Below are positions 36,098 to 45,228 of a stretch of DNA of 64,000 nucleotides, in pieces; within the stretch, counting starts at the first letter, position 1, and the number at the start of each line of letters is the position of its first letter. Source of the DNA: Blastocatellia bacterium (GTDB taxonomy: Bacteria; Acidobacteriota; Blastocatellia; UBA7656); contig JBIOWC010000196.1 of the NCBI GenBank assembly GCA_044868105.1, forward strand, positions 198 through 64,197, in the 5' to 3' direction. The position numbers and the translations under genes are program-made. Below the pieces are notes generated by a model, which made no database searches, was not told the origin of the DNA, and worked only from the letters and a program-made list of their open reading frames with translations.

Positions 36098-37821
36098 TGA
36101 ATTTCCGGCTCAGGGGTTTCCGCGCCGTCGTGTAGAAAATCGAAATCACAACCTTCGTGCGCCTGGGTCACGTGCGTGGTGTAGAGGGCGCTGAAGCCGC
36201 GCGCGTATCTCGACACCGGCGGACGCCACGCGGCGCGGCGTTCTGCGAGTTCTGCGTCGCTCACCTGTAAGTGTAACCTTCGACCCGGCACGTCCATCTC
36301 TATCACATCGCCATCGCGCACCAGCGCCAGCGGGCCGCCAACGTAAGATTCCGGCGCAACGTGCAGGACGCAGGCTCCGTAAGAGGTGCCGCTCATGCGC
36401 GCATCGGAAATTCGCACCATATCGCGCACGCCGCGCTGCAACAGTTTTTGCGGAATCGGCAACATCCCCCACTCCGGCATGCCCGGTCCGCCGATGGGTC
36501 CGGCGTTTTGCAATACCAGGACCGACGTCTCATCTACGGCGAGCGCTTCATCGTCAACGCGCGCGGCAAGGTCATTATAGTCCGTAAAAACCACGGCTCG
36601 CCCCGCGTGTTTCAGTAAACGGGGTTCGGCCGCCGTCGGTTTGATGACCGCGCCGTCGGGCGCCAGATTGCCGTACAAAATTGCCGTGCCGCCTTTTGAG
36701 GAAACGGGATTGGCGAGCGAGCGAATCACCTCGCCGTTAAACACCTTCGCCGTTTCCAGGCCGTCGCCAAGCGGCTTACCGGTAACCGTCAGGCAATCCA
36801 GGTTGAGTAATTCTTTCATCTCTCCCATCAGGGCGCGGAGGCCCCCGGCGTAATAAAAATCTTCCATCAGGTAAGCGCCCGACGGACGCAGATTGGCAAT
36901 CATCGGCGTATGTTGAGAGATGGCATCGAATTTCTTGAGTTCAAGCTTCAGCCCGGCGCGACCGGCGAGCGCAACCAGATGAATAATGGCGTTGGTCGAA
37001 CCTCCGATTGCCATATCAACAGTGATGGCGTTTTCAAAAGCGGCTTCGGTCAAAATATCGCGCGGTTTCAAATCGTCCCAGACCAGGTCAACAATGCGTC
37101 GCCCACAAGCGGTCGCCAGGCGTTGATGATTGGCATCTACTGCGGGAATGGATGAAGCGCCCGCCAGCGTCATTCCCAGGGCTTCGGCAATCGCCGTCAT
37201 CGTTGAAGCCGTCCCCATGGTCATACAATGACCGGCCGAACGCGCAATGCCGTTTTCCATCTCGGCCCATTCGCAATCGCTGATATTTCCGGCGCACTTT
37301 TCCGCCCAGTATTTCCACATGTCGGTGCCGCTACCGAGCACCTCGCCGTTCCAGTTGCCGCGCAACATCGGTCCTGCCGGTAAATAGATCGCTGGCAAAT
37401 TCATGCTGATGGCGCCCATCAAAAGTCCGGGTGTGGTTTTATCGCAACCGCCCATGAGCACCACGCCATCAACCGGCTGACTGCGCAATAACTCTTCGGT
37501 TTCCATCGCCAGGAAATTGCGATACATCATCGGGCTGGGCTTCATGTAGGTTTCATTGACGGGCATTGCCGGGAGTTCGACGGGAAAGCCCCCGGCTTGC
37601 CACACGCCGCGTTTGACTTCCTCGGCGCGGGTGCGGAAATGGCTGTGGCAAGTCGTCAAATCGCTCCACGTGTTGACGATGGCGATGACCGGTTTGCCGG
37701 CAAAATCGCTCGCCCCATAGCCCATCTGTTTGGCGCGAGCGCGATGACCGAACGAGCGCAAATCGCTGACCCCGAACCAGCGATGACTGCGCAACTCTTC
37801 AGGATTTTTTTTTCGTGACAT
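36094..37821 (-). CDS. IlvD/EDD-family dehydratase (sugar-acid dehydratase, e.g. arabonate/xylonate/galactonate type)
   Basis: CMTMGTASTM [Fe-S] ligand region, SGAYLMEDFYYAGG, and family-typical length. The start was chosen at the ATG at 37821, which is preceded by GGAG. Confidence 0.85.
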   Translation of the reverse strand: MSRKKNPEELRSHRWFGVSDLRSFGHRARAKQMGYGASDFAGKPVIAIVNTWSDLTTCHSHFRTRAEEVKRGVWQAGGFPVELPAMPVNETYMKPSPMMYRNFLAMETEELLRSQPVDGVVLMGGCDKTTPGLLMGAISMNLPAIYLPAGPMLRGNWNGEVLGSGTDMWKYWAEKCAGNISDCEWAEMENGIARSAGHCMTMGTASTMTAIAEALGMTLAGASSIPAVDANHQRLATACGRRIVDLVWDDLKPRDILTEAAFENAITVDMAIGGSTNAIIHLVALAGRAGLKLELKKFDAISQHTPMIANLRPSGAYLMEDFYYAGGLRALMGEMKELLNLDCLTVTGKPLGDGLETAKVFNGEVIRSLANPVSSKGGTAILYGNLAPDGAVIKPTAAEPRLLKHAGRAVVFTDYNDLAARVDDEALAVDETSVLVLQNAGPIGGPGMPEWGMLPIPQKLLQRGVRDMVRISDARMSGTSYGACVLHVAPESYVGGPLALVRDGDVIEMDVPGRRLHLQVSDAELAERRAAWRPPVSRYARGFSALYTTHVTQAHEGCDFDFLHDGAETPEPEIH

Positions 37822-37838
37822 AGCTTTCTCCAACCCTC

Positions 37839-39152
37839 TCAAGCAAGTTGATTTTGCTCGGCGGTCTTTAACACAACTTTATCGGTAATCAGAAACCAGT
37901 AAGCGAACATTCCAATGACCAGCACCACACCGGCAACCCCGAAAGCCAGCGCGAAAGAATTTGTTTTATGGGCGATAAAACCTGTGAGAGCAGGCGCAAT
38001 GATGCCGCCGATGTTGCCGCCGAAGTTCTGTATGCCGGTGACCGTCCCGACGATCTTTTTATCGCAAACGGCTTGGGTGAGCGTCCAGGTATTGGGCGAG
38101 CACATCCCCAAGCCGCACAGCGAAATGGTCAGCAACCAAACAGCGGTCATTTTATCCTCGACCATTCCGGCTGGCACAATCAAGCTGCCAATGGCGAGCC
38201 CGATGATGATGAGAATCTTGCGAACCTTGATCTCTTGGTAACCGCGCCGCACCAGCCAATCGCTCAGGATGCCGGTTAAGACGATGATGCCAGACATCGG
38301 CAGATAAGGAATCGAACTGTAAAGGGCCAGTTCTTTCGGGGTGAATTGGCGCTCGATTGACAAATAACCCGGCAACCAGGTGGTAAAAAGGAACCAGACA
38401 TAATCGTAAGCGAAAAAGCCTAAAAAGACCCCAAACACGCTGCGATACTTGAGGAGTTTGAAGCTCTCAAAAAACGCCAGGTTTTTACCGGTTGCAGTAG
38501 CCCGCTCGCCCGTAACCGGGGTTTCCCATTTCCCTAAAAATTTCATCCAGGGCAGCAGCCAGATCAGCGGAATGAAGCCGGTTACCAGAAAGAAAAGTTT
38601 CCAATTACGATGGGTTAAAAAATACAATCCGCCAATCGAGTTGATCAGCGCAGTGCCAAAACGCACCCCCGTAAGATAGATGCCGGTTACCGTGCCGCGC
38701 TCGCGCTGTTGAAACCAATTGGCGACGGCCCGGGCGCTGGCCGGGAAAGTGACCGCTTGTCCGGGTCCGAGTGCGACGCGTAGCCCAATCAGCGAACCCA
38801 TGCCGGTGGCCAAACCGGTTAATCCGGAAGCCAGCGACCAGAAGATGAACCCCAGTGAATAAGCCCGCCTTACGCCAAATCGGTCAACCAGCCAGCCCGC
38901 GGGCACCTGCATGAAGGAATAGACCCAGAAGAATGCCGAAAGGATGATGCCAATGTCAGCTTTAGACAGATTGAGGTCTTGACTCATAAATGGCGCCGCC
39001 ACACTCAAGGCGCCGCGATGCGCATAGCTGATTAACATGGCAATGAAAAGCAAGGCTAACAACCACCAGCGTTGCGGCGAGTGTTGAAGCGCCGGCCGGT
39101 CGTCGGGTTGATGCACGGCATCAAGGACGATGTTCGCTTGCGGGGTTGTCAT
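37839..39152 (-). CDS. MFS transporter, anion:cation symporter (ACS) family (hexuronate/galactonate/glucarate-type)
   Basis: 12 TM helices. The ACS-family N-terminal motif is LALLFIAMLISYAHRGALSVAAP. The start was trimmed to the ATG at 39152 (SD AAGGGA), which avoids a 73-bp overlap with the upstream gene. Confidence 0.8.
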   Translation of the reverse strand: MTTPQANIVLDAVHQPDDRPALQHSPQRWWLLALLFIAMLISYAHRGALSVAAPFMSQDLNLSKADIGIILSAFFWVYSFMQVPAGWLVDRFGVRRAYSLGFIFWSLASGLTGLATGMGSLIGLRVALGPGQAVTFPASARAVANWFQQRERGTVTGIYLTGVRFGTALINSIGGLYFLTHRNWKLFFLVTGFIPLIWLLPWMKFLGKWETPVTGERATATGKNLAFFESFKLLKYRSVFGVFLGFFAYDYVWFLFTTWLPGYLSIERQFTPKELALYSSIPYLPMSGIIVLTGILSDWLVRRGYQEIKVRKILIIIGLAIGSLIVPAGMVEDKMTAVWLLTISLCGLGMCSPNTWTLTQAVCDKKIVGTVTGIQNFGGNIGGIIAPALTGFIAHKTNSFALAFGVAGVVLVIGMFAYWFLITDKVVLKTAEQNQLA

Positions 39153-39168
39153 GGCTTTCCCTTTAACA

Positions 39169-40095
39169 TTAATCGGCGGACAAAAACGGTTGCCACACAT
39201 CAAGTAGGGTTTGTAGTTCGGCTCTCTCTTCGGCTCGCACATTGACCAGGGGCGGACGCACTGCGCCGCCCGCGAGGCCGGCCATATCCATCAGCGCTTT
39301 CATTGCTGATACTTCATAGCCTTTGCGTCGCGCCCGCAAAGCGTAAAGCGGAATGACACAGCGGTGCATCAAGTCCGCAAGTTCATCCGTGCGACCGCTC
39401 GATGCTGTTTCATGCAGCTTGAGCGAAAGACGCGGCGCAACGGTCGCAATGCTCGACGTGTAGGCGCGTATGCCAATGCTGTAATAACCCGGCACGGCGT
39501 CATCGCCCGCGCCACCTATCCACGCCAGCCGCTGACCAACGCGGTTCATAATCATCTGATAGCGCCGCATATCGCCTTGCCCGTCTTTCCAGGCGATGAG
39601 GGTCGGAAGGCTCGCCAGTCGCTCGACCATCATTGGAGAACAGTTCACCCAGTCGCGGCTGTAAATGAGCATACCGAGTCCGGTCGCCGCGCCAATCGCC
39701 TGGTAGTAGGCAAACATGCCGTCGTCATCAGCCTGCGGATAATAAGGCGGCAGCGCCAAAATCCCGTCTGCACCGGCTTCGGCCGCCGCGCGCGCCATTT
39801 CAATGGCCAGTGGCTGATTGAAACCGACGCCGGCAATCACCGGGGCGCGACCTTTGATGGTGTCCACGGTTATCTTGATAACTTCGAGGTGCTCGGCAGG
39901 CGTCAGCGAATACATCTCGCCCGTGCCGCCTGCGGCAACCACCGCGCAGACGGAATGCTCAATGAGCTTCGTCAAGTTATCGCTGAGGCCCGCTGCGTCA
40001 AGCGATAAATCATTTTTGAAAGGCGTGACCGGGAAAGCAATCACGCCTGAAAATCGGCTGCGTAGTTCTTCGGGTTCCATCTGGGGTTTCATCAT
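39169..40095 (-). CDS. DapA-family class I aldolase/dehydratase (5-dehydro-4-deoxyglucarate dehydratase KdgD-like or 2-keto-3-deoxy-sugar-acid aldolase)
   Basis: GVIAFPVTPF, AAGGTGEMYSLT and the Schiff-base lysine context of the DapA fold. 308 aa. Confidence 0.7.
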   Translation of the reverse strand: MMKPQMEPEELRSRFSGVIAFPVTPFKNDLSLDAAGLSDNLTKLIEHSVCAVVAAGGTGEMYSLTPAEHLEVIKITVDTIKGRAPVIAGVGFNQPLAIEMARAAAEAGADGILALPPYYPQADDDGMFAYYQAIGAATGLGMLIYSRDWVNCSPMMVERLASLPTLIAWKDGQGDMRRYQMIMNRVGQRLAWIGGAGDDAVPGYYSIGIRAYTSSIATVAPRLSLKLHETASSGRTDELADLMHRCVIPLYALRARRKGYEVSAMKALMDMAGLAGGAVRPPLVNVRAEERAELQTLLDVWQPFLSAD

Positions 40096-40144
40096 CTAGC
40101 GATTCAATTCGTCTTTTTATGGGTACTGCTTCAACCGTTTTCAC

Positions 40145-40969
40145 CTAGGCCTTCACGCCGCCGTTGACCGTCCAGCCGCCATCAACAACAATCGTTTGTC
40201 CGGTGATGTAGTCGCTCGCGTCCGAGGCCAGTAAAACCGTGGCGCCCGCTAAATCCGCAGCCGTGCCGGGGCGACCCAGCGGAATGGGCGCAACGGCGCT
40301 CTCATAAAGCGCGGCATCGGAAAAGACTGCGTCGGTCATCTTTGTCCAGAACCGGCCGGGCGCAAGAGCATTCACACAGATGTTATCGCTCGCCCATTCG
40401 ACGGCAAGACTGCGCGTCATTTGGCGCATCCCGCCTTTGCTGATGGCATAAAGCGCAATGTTGGGCACAATGATTTCAAAGGCCACCGAACCGACATTGA
40501 TGATTTTGCCTTTGCCCTGCCGGCGCATAATGCGCGCCGCTTCCTGACAGGCAAAAAACGCTCCCCGCAGATTGACGGCCATCAATTTGTCCCAATCGTC
40601 TTCGGTAAATTCGTCAGCCGGTTGGCGTATGTTGATGCCCGCGGCATTGACCAATATATCCAGGCGCTCGAAACGCGCCGCGGTTATCTGCACCATGGTT
40701 TGTATCGCGGTCACATCGCTCACGTCCGTAGGCAAGACAAAAGACTCACGCCCGACGGCGCGAATCAGCGAGGCGGCTTCTTCGAGTTCGCTCGCGGTAC
40801 GCGCGGCCAGCGCAACATCGGCTCCGGCGTGCGCCAGCGCCAGCGCCATCCCTAACCCTAAACCGCGACTGCCGCCCGTCACCAGCGCCACGCGCCCATC
40901 CAAGCGCAGGCTCGGCATCACAAATTCCGTTGCCATCGTTGGGTTACTGCTCATAAATAAGTTCCTCAA
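40145..40969 (-). CDS. SDR-family oxidoreductase (sugar / 2-keto-3-deoxy-sugar-acid dehydrogenase-like)
   Basis: TGGSRGLGLG Rossmann motif, NAAG, YAISK. 274 aa. It overlaps the upstream ADH gene by 4 bp. Confidence 0.85.
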   Translation of the reverse strand: MRNLFMSSNPTMATEFVMPSLRLDGRVALVTGGSRGLGLGMALALAHAGADVALAARTASELEEAASLIRAVGRESFVLPTDVSDVTAIQTMVQITAARFERLDILVNAAGINIRQPADEFTEDDWDKLMAVNLRGAFFACQEAARIMRRQGKGKIINVGSVAFEIIVPNIALYAISKGGMRQMTRSLAVEWASDNICVNALAPGRFWTKMTDAVFSDAALYESAVAPIPLGRPGTAADLAGATVLLASDASDYITGQTIVVDGGWTVNGGVKA

Positions 40970-42018
40970 GATTGGCTTGGCAACAACACGGCTTTGATGT
41001 CATTGCCTTGCGCTGACATCATGCGGCGAAAGGCCTCGACTCCCTCAACCAAAGGAAAGGTCTTAATCCAACTCATCGCATCCACCCGCCCCGTTGCCAG
41101 AAGGTTTACGGCAACTTTGAGTTCATCAAGCGAAGCCGCATAACTTCCCTGCACTCTTCTTTCCGTAAGGGTTACATCGTAAGAATCCAGGGAGATGGTG
41201 TTTTCGTGCGTGCCAATCCACACGGTAATACCGCCGGGACGCGTCGCGGCTATCGCTTGTTGCTTGGACACGCCGCTGCCGACAGCATCCACCACAATAT
41301 CCGCGCCTTCGCCTCGGGTAAAGGTATCTACCTCGCCAAGAAAATCTTCGTAGCTTGAATTGATAATCTGTTTTGCGCCGAGCGCGCTGGCCACACTCAA
41401 ACGGTCTTGAAGCAAATCGGCAACAGCGGTTTCGGCAGTGGTCAAACATTGAAACGCCTGTTGGCAAAGCAGACCAATCGGTCCCGCGCCAACGATGACC
41501 ACCCGGCTGGGAATGAGTTGCCAGGTCAGCCCGACAACATGAACGCCATTCGCCAAAGGTTCGGCTAAACTCGCTGCCGCCGCCGGCAACCCGTCGGGCC
41601 AAGCCACCAGGCATTTTTCAGGAACCGTGACAAACTCGGCAAAGCCGCCCTGCCGGTTCATGCCAAATAGCTGGCGATTGGCGCACAGGTGCGTGTTGCC
41701 GCGCATGCAGCGCACACATTTGCCGCAGCCAAACAACGAGTGCGATACCACACGCTGGCCGCTACTGAACTGGTGAATCTGGGGGCCGACGGCTTCAATC
41801 ACGCCGCAGAATTCATGCCCCATCACCAGCGGCGGCACCCGTCGCGGGCTGCGTTTTCTAAAGGCTTCAAGTTCGCTGCCACAAATGCCGCAAGCTTCAA
41901 CGCGCAGCAAGACTTCGCCGGCGCCCGGCTCAGGCCGGTTTTGGTCAGCAATCTCCAATTGGTCAAATGCAGGATAAAGTAAGGTTTTCATAAGGCAAAT
42001 CGCGCAACAATCACACAA
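40966..42018 (-). CDS. Zinc-binding medium-chain alcohol dehydrogenase (sorbitol / L-idonate dehydrogenase-like)
   Basis: GHEFCGVIEAVG zinc motif, structural-zinc Cys cluster (CGKCVRCMRGNTHLC) and GAGPIG NAD motif. Confidence 0.85.
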   Translation of the reverse strand: MCDCCAICLMKTLLYPAFDQLEIADQNRPEPGAGEVLLRVEACGICGSELEAFRKRSPRRVPPLVMGHEFCGVIEAVGPQIHQFSSGQRVVSHSLFGCGKCVRCMRGNTHLCANRQLFGMNRQGGFAEFVTVPEKCLVAWPDGLPAAAASLAEPLANGVHVVGLTWQLIPSRVVIVGAGPIGLLCQQAFQCLTTAETAVADLLQDRLSVASALGAKQIINSSYEDFLGEVDTFTRGEGADIVVDAVGSGVSKQQAIAATRPGGITVWIGTHENTISLDSYDVTLTERRVQGSYAASLDELKVAVNLLATGRVDAMSWIKTFPLVEGVEAFRRMMSAQGNDIKAVLLPSQS

Positions 42019-43430
42019 AAATAGACCACCGCACCAATGGCCAAGGCCACGGCAAAGATTTTATTCGGTCGAAGAATGGAACGCGCTTCCGCAGAGAGCA
42101 AGTTCGGCAACACCACATACATCGCCACCAGCGCGCCGAGCCCTTGCAGCGGCAGTAAGAGCACGCCTTCAATAAACGCGGCTGATTGAATGAGCTTCAC
42201 GGGGCCACCGCCGAGCGCATAGGTCACCAGAAAATTGATCGCCAGCAGTCCGACGAGAAAGAGCCGAAACTGTGTCGTCCATGCCAGCCGTCCGAATTTC
42301 GGCAGACAAATTCTTGAGCCGTCTGAAAGCAACCGCGGCCAGCCCGCCAGTTGCCCAATCAGCGTGCTAAAGAGCGCCGTACAACCTGCAAGGATGAAAA
42401 GGATTTCGCCGCTTCGGCCCCATTGTGCGCCAAAGATAGCCGCCAGGTCAAAAGCCACGCTCGGCCCGTCGGGAACCACTTTGCGAGGACCAAGAATCAT
42501 CGCCCCGGCGGTCATAAAACTGAGGGTTGCGGCCAAACCGATAAACAGCGCGGTCGTCGCATCCGCGTAAACCACCCGACACCATCCGTGGACTTTGGTG
42601 GCGGTCTCCGTGGTCATCTGTTTGAGCGCTTCAACATCGGCGGCCTGACCATAGGGGCGGTCGTGCGCCATGCCGTATCCGGCTCCGAGCACCCAGTAGG
42701 TGTACCAGACCTGTGAAGCAAATCCGCCTCCGGCCCAACCCATAATCGGCGCCAGTTCATGCCAGGTGTTATTGCCAATTCGCCCGGTAGCAATTGCCCA
42801 ATCGGGAATGTCAGGCACCTGAAATCCAAAAAGCCCTTTCAGGAAGGCGCCAAGTTCAGGCGAAGATTTCAACGCCACATAACCTACCCCGCAAATCATG
42901 ATGGTGACCAGAATGCTCATCACCCGCTTTAAAGCATCAAATTTCCCCGACCACACGACGGCCACCGCCAGGGCTGCCAAAATCCAGCTCCAGGCGTAGG
43001 CCGGTAGCCAGGGGAACAAGGCATGAACAAAGGTGCCGCAGGCTACGGCCAGGCCTCCTGTCGAAATCGTCGCGGCAAAAGCTTGCGCCAATAAAACCAC
43101 CCACACCGCCCAGTTCTTCGCTCCCGGCAGACGGCTGAACATATCCATCATGCCTTCGCCCGTGCAGACCGTGTAACGCGCCCCGGCCATCCCCATCCAA
43201 TACTTCAGGAAGATGGCCGTAGCCGGAACCCACAACACCGCCGTTCCCAGAACGGCGCCAAATCGCGTTGACAAAATCACCTCGCCGGAACCGATGGCTT
43301 CGCCCATCCAGACAAACGCCGGGCCAATCATCATCACCAGAGCCAGGCCGCGCGGCGCAACGGGGACGGTCGGCAAAGAAGCGGGTTTCGTTTCAAGGTC
43401 TGCTTTTATCGTTTTCTGTTGTTCTATCAT
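41988..43430 (-). CDS. Divergent Nramp-superfamily-like membrane transporter (the canonical DPGN metal site is not conserved)
   Basis: 480 aa with 11-12 TM helices. IGPAFVWMGEAIGSGE aligns to the Nramp GPGFL...DPGN region but with DPGN replaced. RYTVCTGEGMMD resembles the Nramp GxATGKdLAE segment. Confidence 0.4.
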   Translation of the reverse strand: MIEQQKTIKADLETKPASLPTVPVAPRGLALVMMIGPAFVWMGEAIGSGEVILSTRFGAVLGTAVLWVPATAIFLKYWMGMAGARYTVCTGEGMMDMFSRLPGAKNWAVWVVLLAQAFAATISTGGLAVACGTFVHALFPWLPAYAWSWILAALAVAVVWSGKFDALKRVMSILVTIMICGVGYVALKSSPELGAFLKGLFGFQVPDIPDWAIATGRIGNNTWHELAPIMGWAGGGFASQVWYTYWVLGAGYGMAHDRPYGQAADVEALKQMTTETATKVHGWCRVVYADATTALFIGLAATLSFMTAGAMILGPRKVVPDGPSVAFDLAAIFGAQWGRSGEILFILAGCTALFSTLIGQLAGWPRLLSDGSRICLPKFGRLAWTTQFRLFLVGLLAINFLVTYALGGGPVKLIQSAAFIEGVLLLPLQGLGALVAMYVVLPNLLSAEARSILRPNKIFAVALAIGAVVYFCVIVARFAL

Positions 43431-43767
43431 TGAACAGGCCAGGGCGCATATCTTTTTCTGCGATGCGCCGCTTTCTCATGAAAAAGTGTTGAAGATTTGT
43501 CGCCCGTAGAGGTGTCATATATAACACGCGGATGGTTTATACAAAAGCTTTTGCGCTTCTCGTCTTTCAACCGGGGTACTGCACTAATGAAGCCAGCGCT
43601 TTTGTGGGCATGGTGTCTTTTGTGGTCTTTGTGAGAAATCCGCGTTGCAAGCTTGACTCTCTTCATTATCAAGAAAGGTTCTTGCAAAGTGCACGAAGCT
43701 CACCAAGCTCACCATGATTTTTCTTGCCCCCAGCCGCCCGGCAACGGTTGCCGCTGTTTTTTTACGC

Positions 43768-44877
43768 TCAAGCGATATGCGCGCCTTGGGTTTCCACATA
43801 CACCGCATATAGCGACTGGCTGGCGGTGATGAACAAACGATTGCGTTTCGCGCCGCCGAAACAGATATTGCTGGCGGTTTCCGGAAGCAGAATCTGCCCG
43901 ATGCGTTCGCCTTCCGGGGTGAAGACGTGAACCCCGTCAAAGCCGGCGCCGGCCCAGCCGCCACTCGCCCAGATATTGCCATCCACATCTGCCCGTATGC
44001 CATCCGAACCGCCCGCCAGCTCTCCGTCCCTGGTCTTCAATTTCATTGTCGTGAAGACCCGTCCGTTGCTCAATCGCTTTCCATCCGTCACCTCCCAAAC
44101 CTTGATGTGGCGCGGCGCTTCTCCGTTTGGCGCAACACCCGTGTCAACGATATAGAGTTTTTTATAATCGGGCGAAAAACATAGCCCGTTGGGCTTATAG
44201 AGTTCGTCCGTAACTAAATCTACCTTTGCCGTCTTGGCGTCAATGCGATAGACGGCTTCCTTGATGTAGAGTTCACCTTTGTTGCCTTCATAGGCCTTCA
44301 TCGTGCCGTAGCCGGGGTCGGTAAACCATATGCCGCCATCCGGGTGAACGACGATGTCATTGGGCGCATTGAACGGTTTGCCCTGCCATTTGTCTGCGAG
44401 TACGGTGATGGCGCCGCCCGGTTCGTAGCGCACGACGCGGCGCGTCCCGTGTTCGCAGGAGAGTTGCCGCCCTTGGTAATCAAAGGTGTTGCCGTTGCTG
44501 TTATTGGCTGGGTTGCGAAAGGTGCTGACATGCCCATCTTCGGCCAGCCAGCGACATTGAAGGTTATTCGGGATGTCGCTCCAAACCAAATATTGCCCAT
44601 TGCCATTCCACGCCGGCCCTTCAGCCCATAACATCCCGGTGTGTAGCCGCTGAATCGCGGTGTTGCCGATTTTGTATTTCTCGAACCGCTTATCGAGCAC
44701 CACAATATCCGGGTCAGGGTAGCGCACCGGCGGCGCTCCCTGCTCGTAGTTGCGTTGCTGCGCGAAATTTGTAGCCGCGAAAGCCGTCGCCGCCGTACTG
44801 GCTACAAAGGCGCGCCGGCTCAGCTTCGTTGATGAATTTAAGTTGAGATTTTCTGATAGTTGTTTTTTTCGTCTCAT
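43768..44877 (-). CDS. SMP-30/gluconolactonase/LRE-family sugar lactonase (Tat-exported)
   Basis: Twin-arginine leader SRRAFVASTAATAFAA. Six-bladed propeller lactonase motifs (EGPAW, NGQYLVWSDI, NDIVVHPDGGIWFTDP, PNGLCFSPD). Confidence 0.8.
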   Translation of the reverse strand: MRRKKQLSENLNLNSSTKLSRRAFVASTAATAFAATNFAQQRNYEQGAPPVRYPDPDIVVLDKRFEKYKIGNTAIQRLHTGMLWAEGPAWNGNGQYLVWSDIPNNLQCRWLAEDGHVSTFRNPANNSNGNTFDYQGRQLSCEHGTRRVVRYEPGGAITVLADKWQGKPFNAPNDIVVHPDGGIWFTDPGYGTMKAYEGNKGELYIKEAVYRIDAKTAKVDLVTDELYKPNGLCFSPDYKKLYIVDTGVAPNGEAPRHIKVWEVTDGKRLSNGRVFTTMKLKTRDGELAGGSDGIRADVDGNIWASGGWAGAGFDGVHVFTPEGERIGQILLPETASNICFGGAKRNRLFITASQSLYAVYVETQGAHIA

Positions 44878-45065
44878 AGCTCTCTCGGTCTTTCCCGTGT
44901 CCTCCAGTTACATACTTTTTGTCAGTGCTCATCTATCATTGCGCCCCAGTCGTTGTCCATGGACAAGGAAGAAAATTGCCGGCGTCAGCCCGGCGACCGT
45001 GCGCCTCAACGCCGCCTTGAATTAAGGCGAGGCGCTTTACCAATAAGCGGCGGCTCTTTTTGCCT

Positions 45066-45172
45066 TTTGTGCCGTTTGTGAAATTTGTGAGCTGGGTGAG
45101 ACATCTGCATTGGGAAAGCGAATCTCTCGCGATTGCAAAAATGGTTCTCACAAATTTCACAAACGGCACAAA
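45066..45172. repeat. 26-bp perfect inverted repeat with a 55-nt spacer, between the TonB-dependent receptor 3' end and the lactonase/sugar-acid operon 5' end
   Basis: TTTGTGCCGTTTGTGAAATTTGTGAG (45066-45091) and CTCACAAATTTCACAAACGGCACAAA (45147-45172), followed on + by a T-rich run (GATTTTTG). Confidence 0.7.
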
Positions 45173-45228
45173 GATTTTTGTCCTGCAAATAACCCGCATC
45201 ACTGGTAAAACGCCACGCGTGAACCGGC

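Noticed and set aside
39364-40008. 214-aa plus-strand ORF inside the DapA/KdgD-family gene; similar antisense ORFs at 58934-59746 (inside GH29) and 55436-56047 (inside the GH97-like gene)
   Set aside because: They are antisense to confidently assigned enzymes and have no start context or domain signal.
45066-45172. The 26-bp perfect inverted repeat as the terminal inverted repeats of an insertion sequence
   Set aside because: Only 55 bp separate the arms, there is no transposase ORF, and no target-site duplication is evident. A MITE-like or regulatory hairpin remains possible and is reported as a finding.
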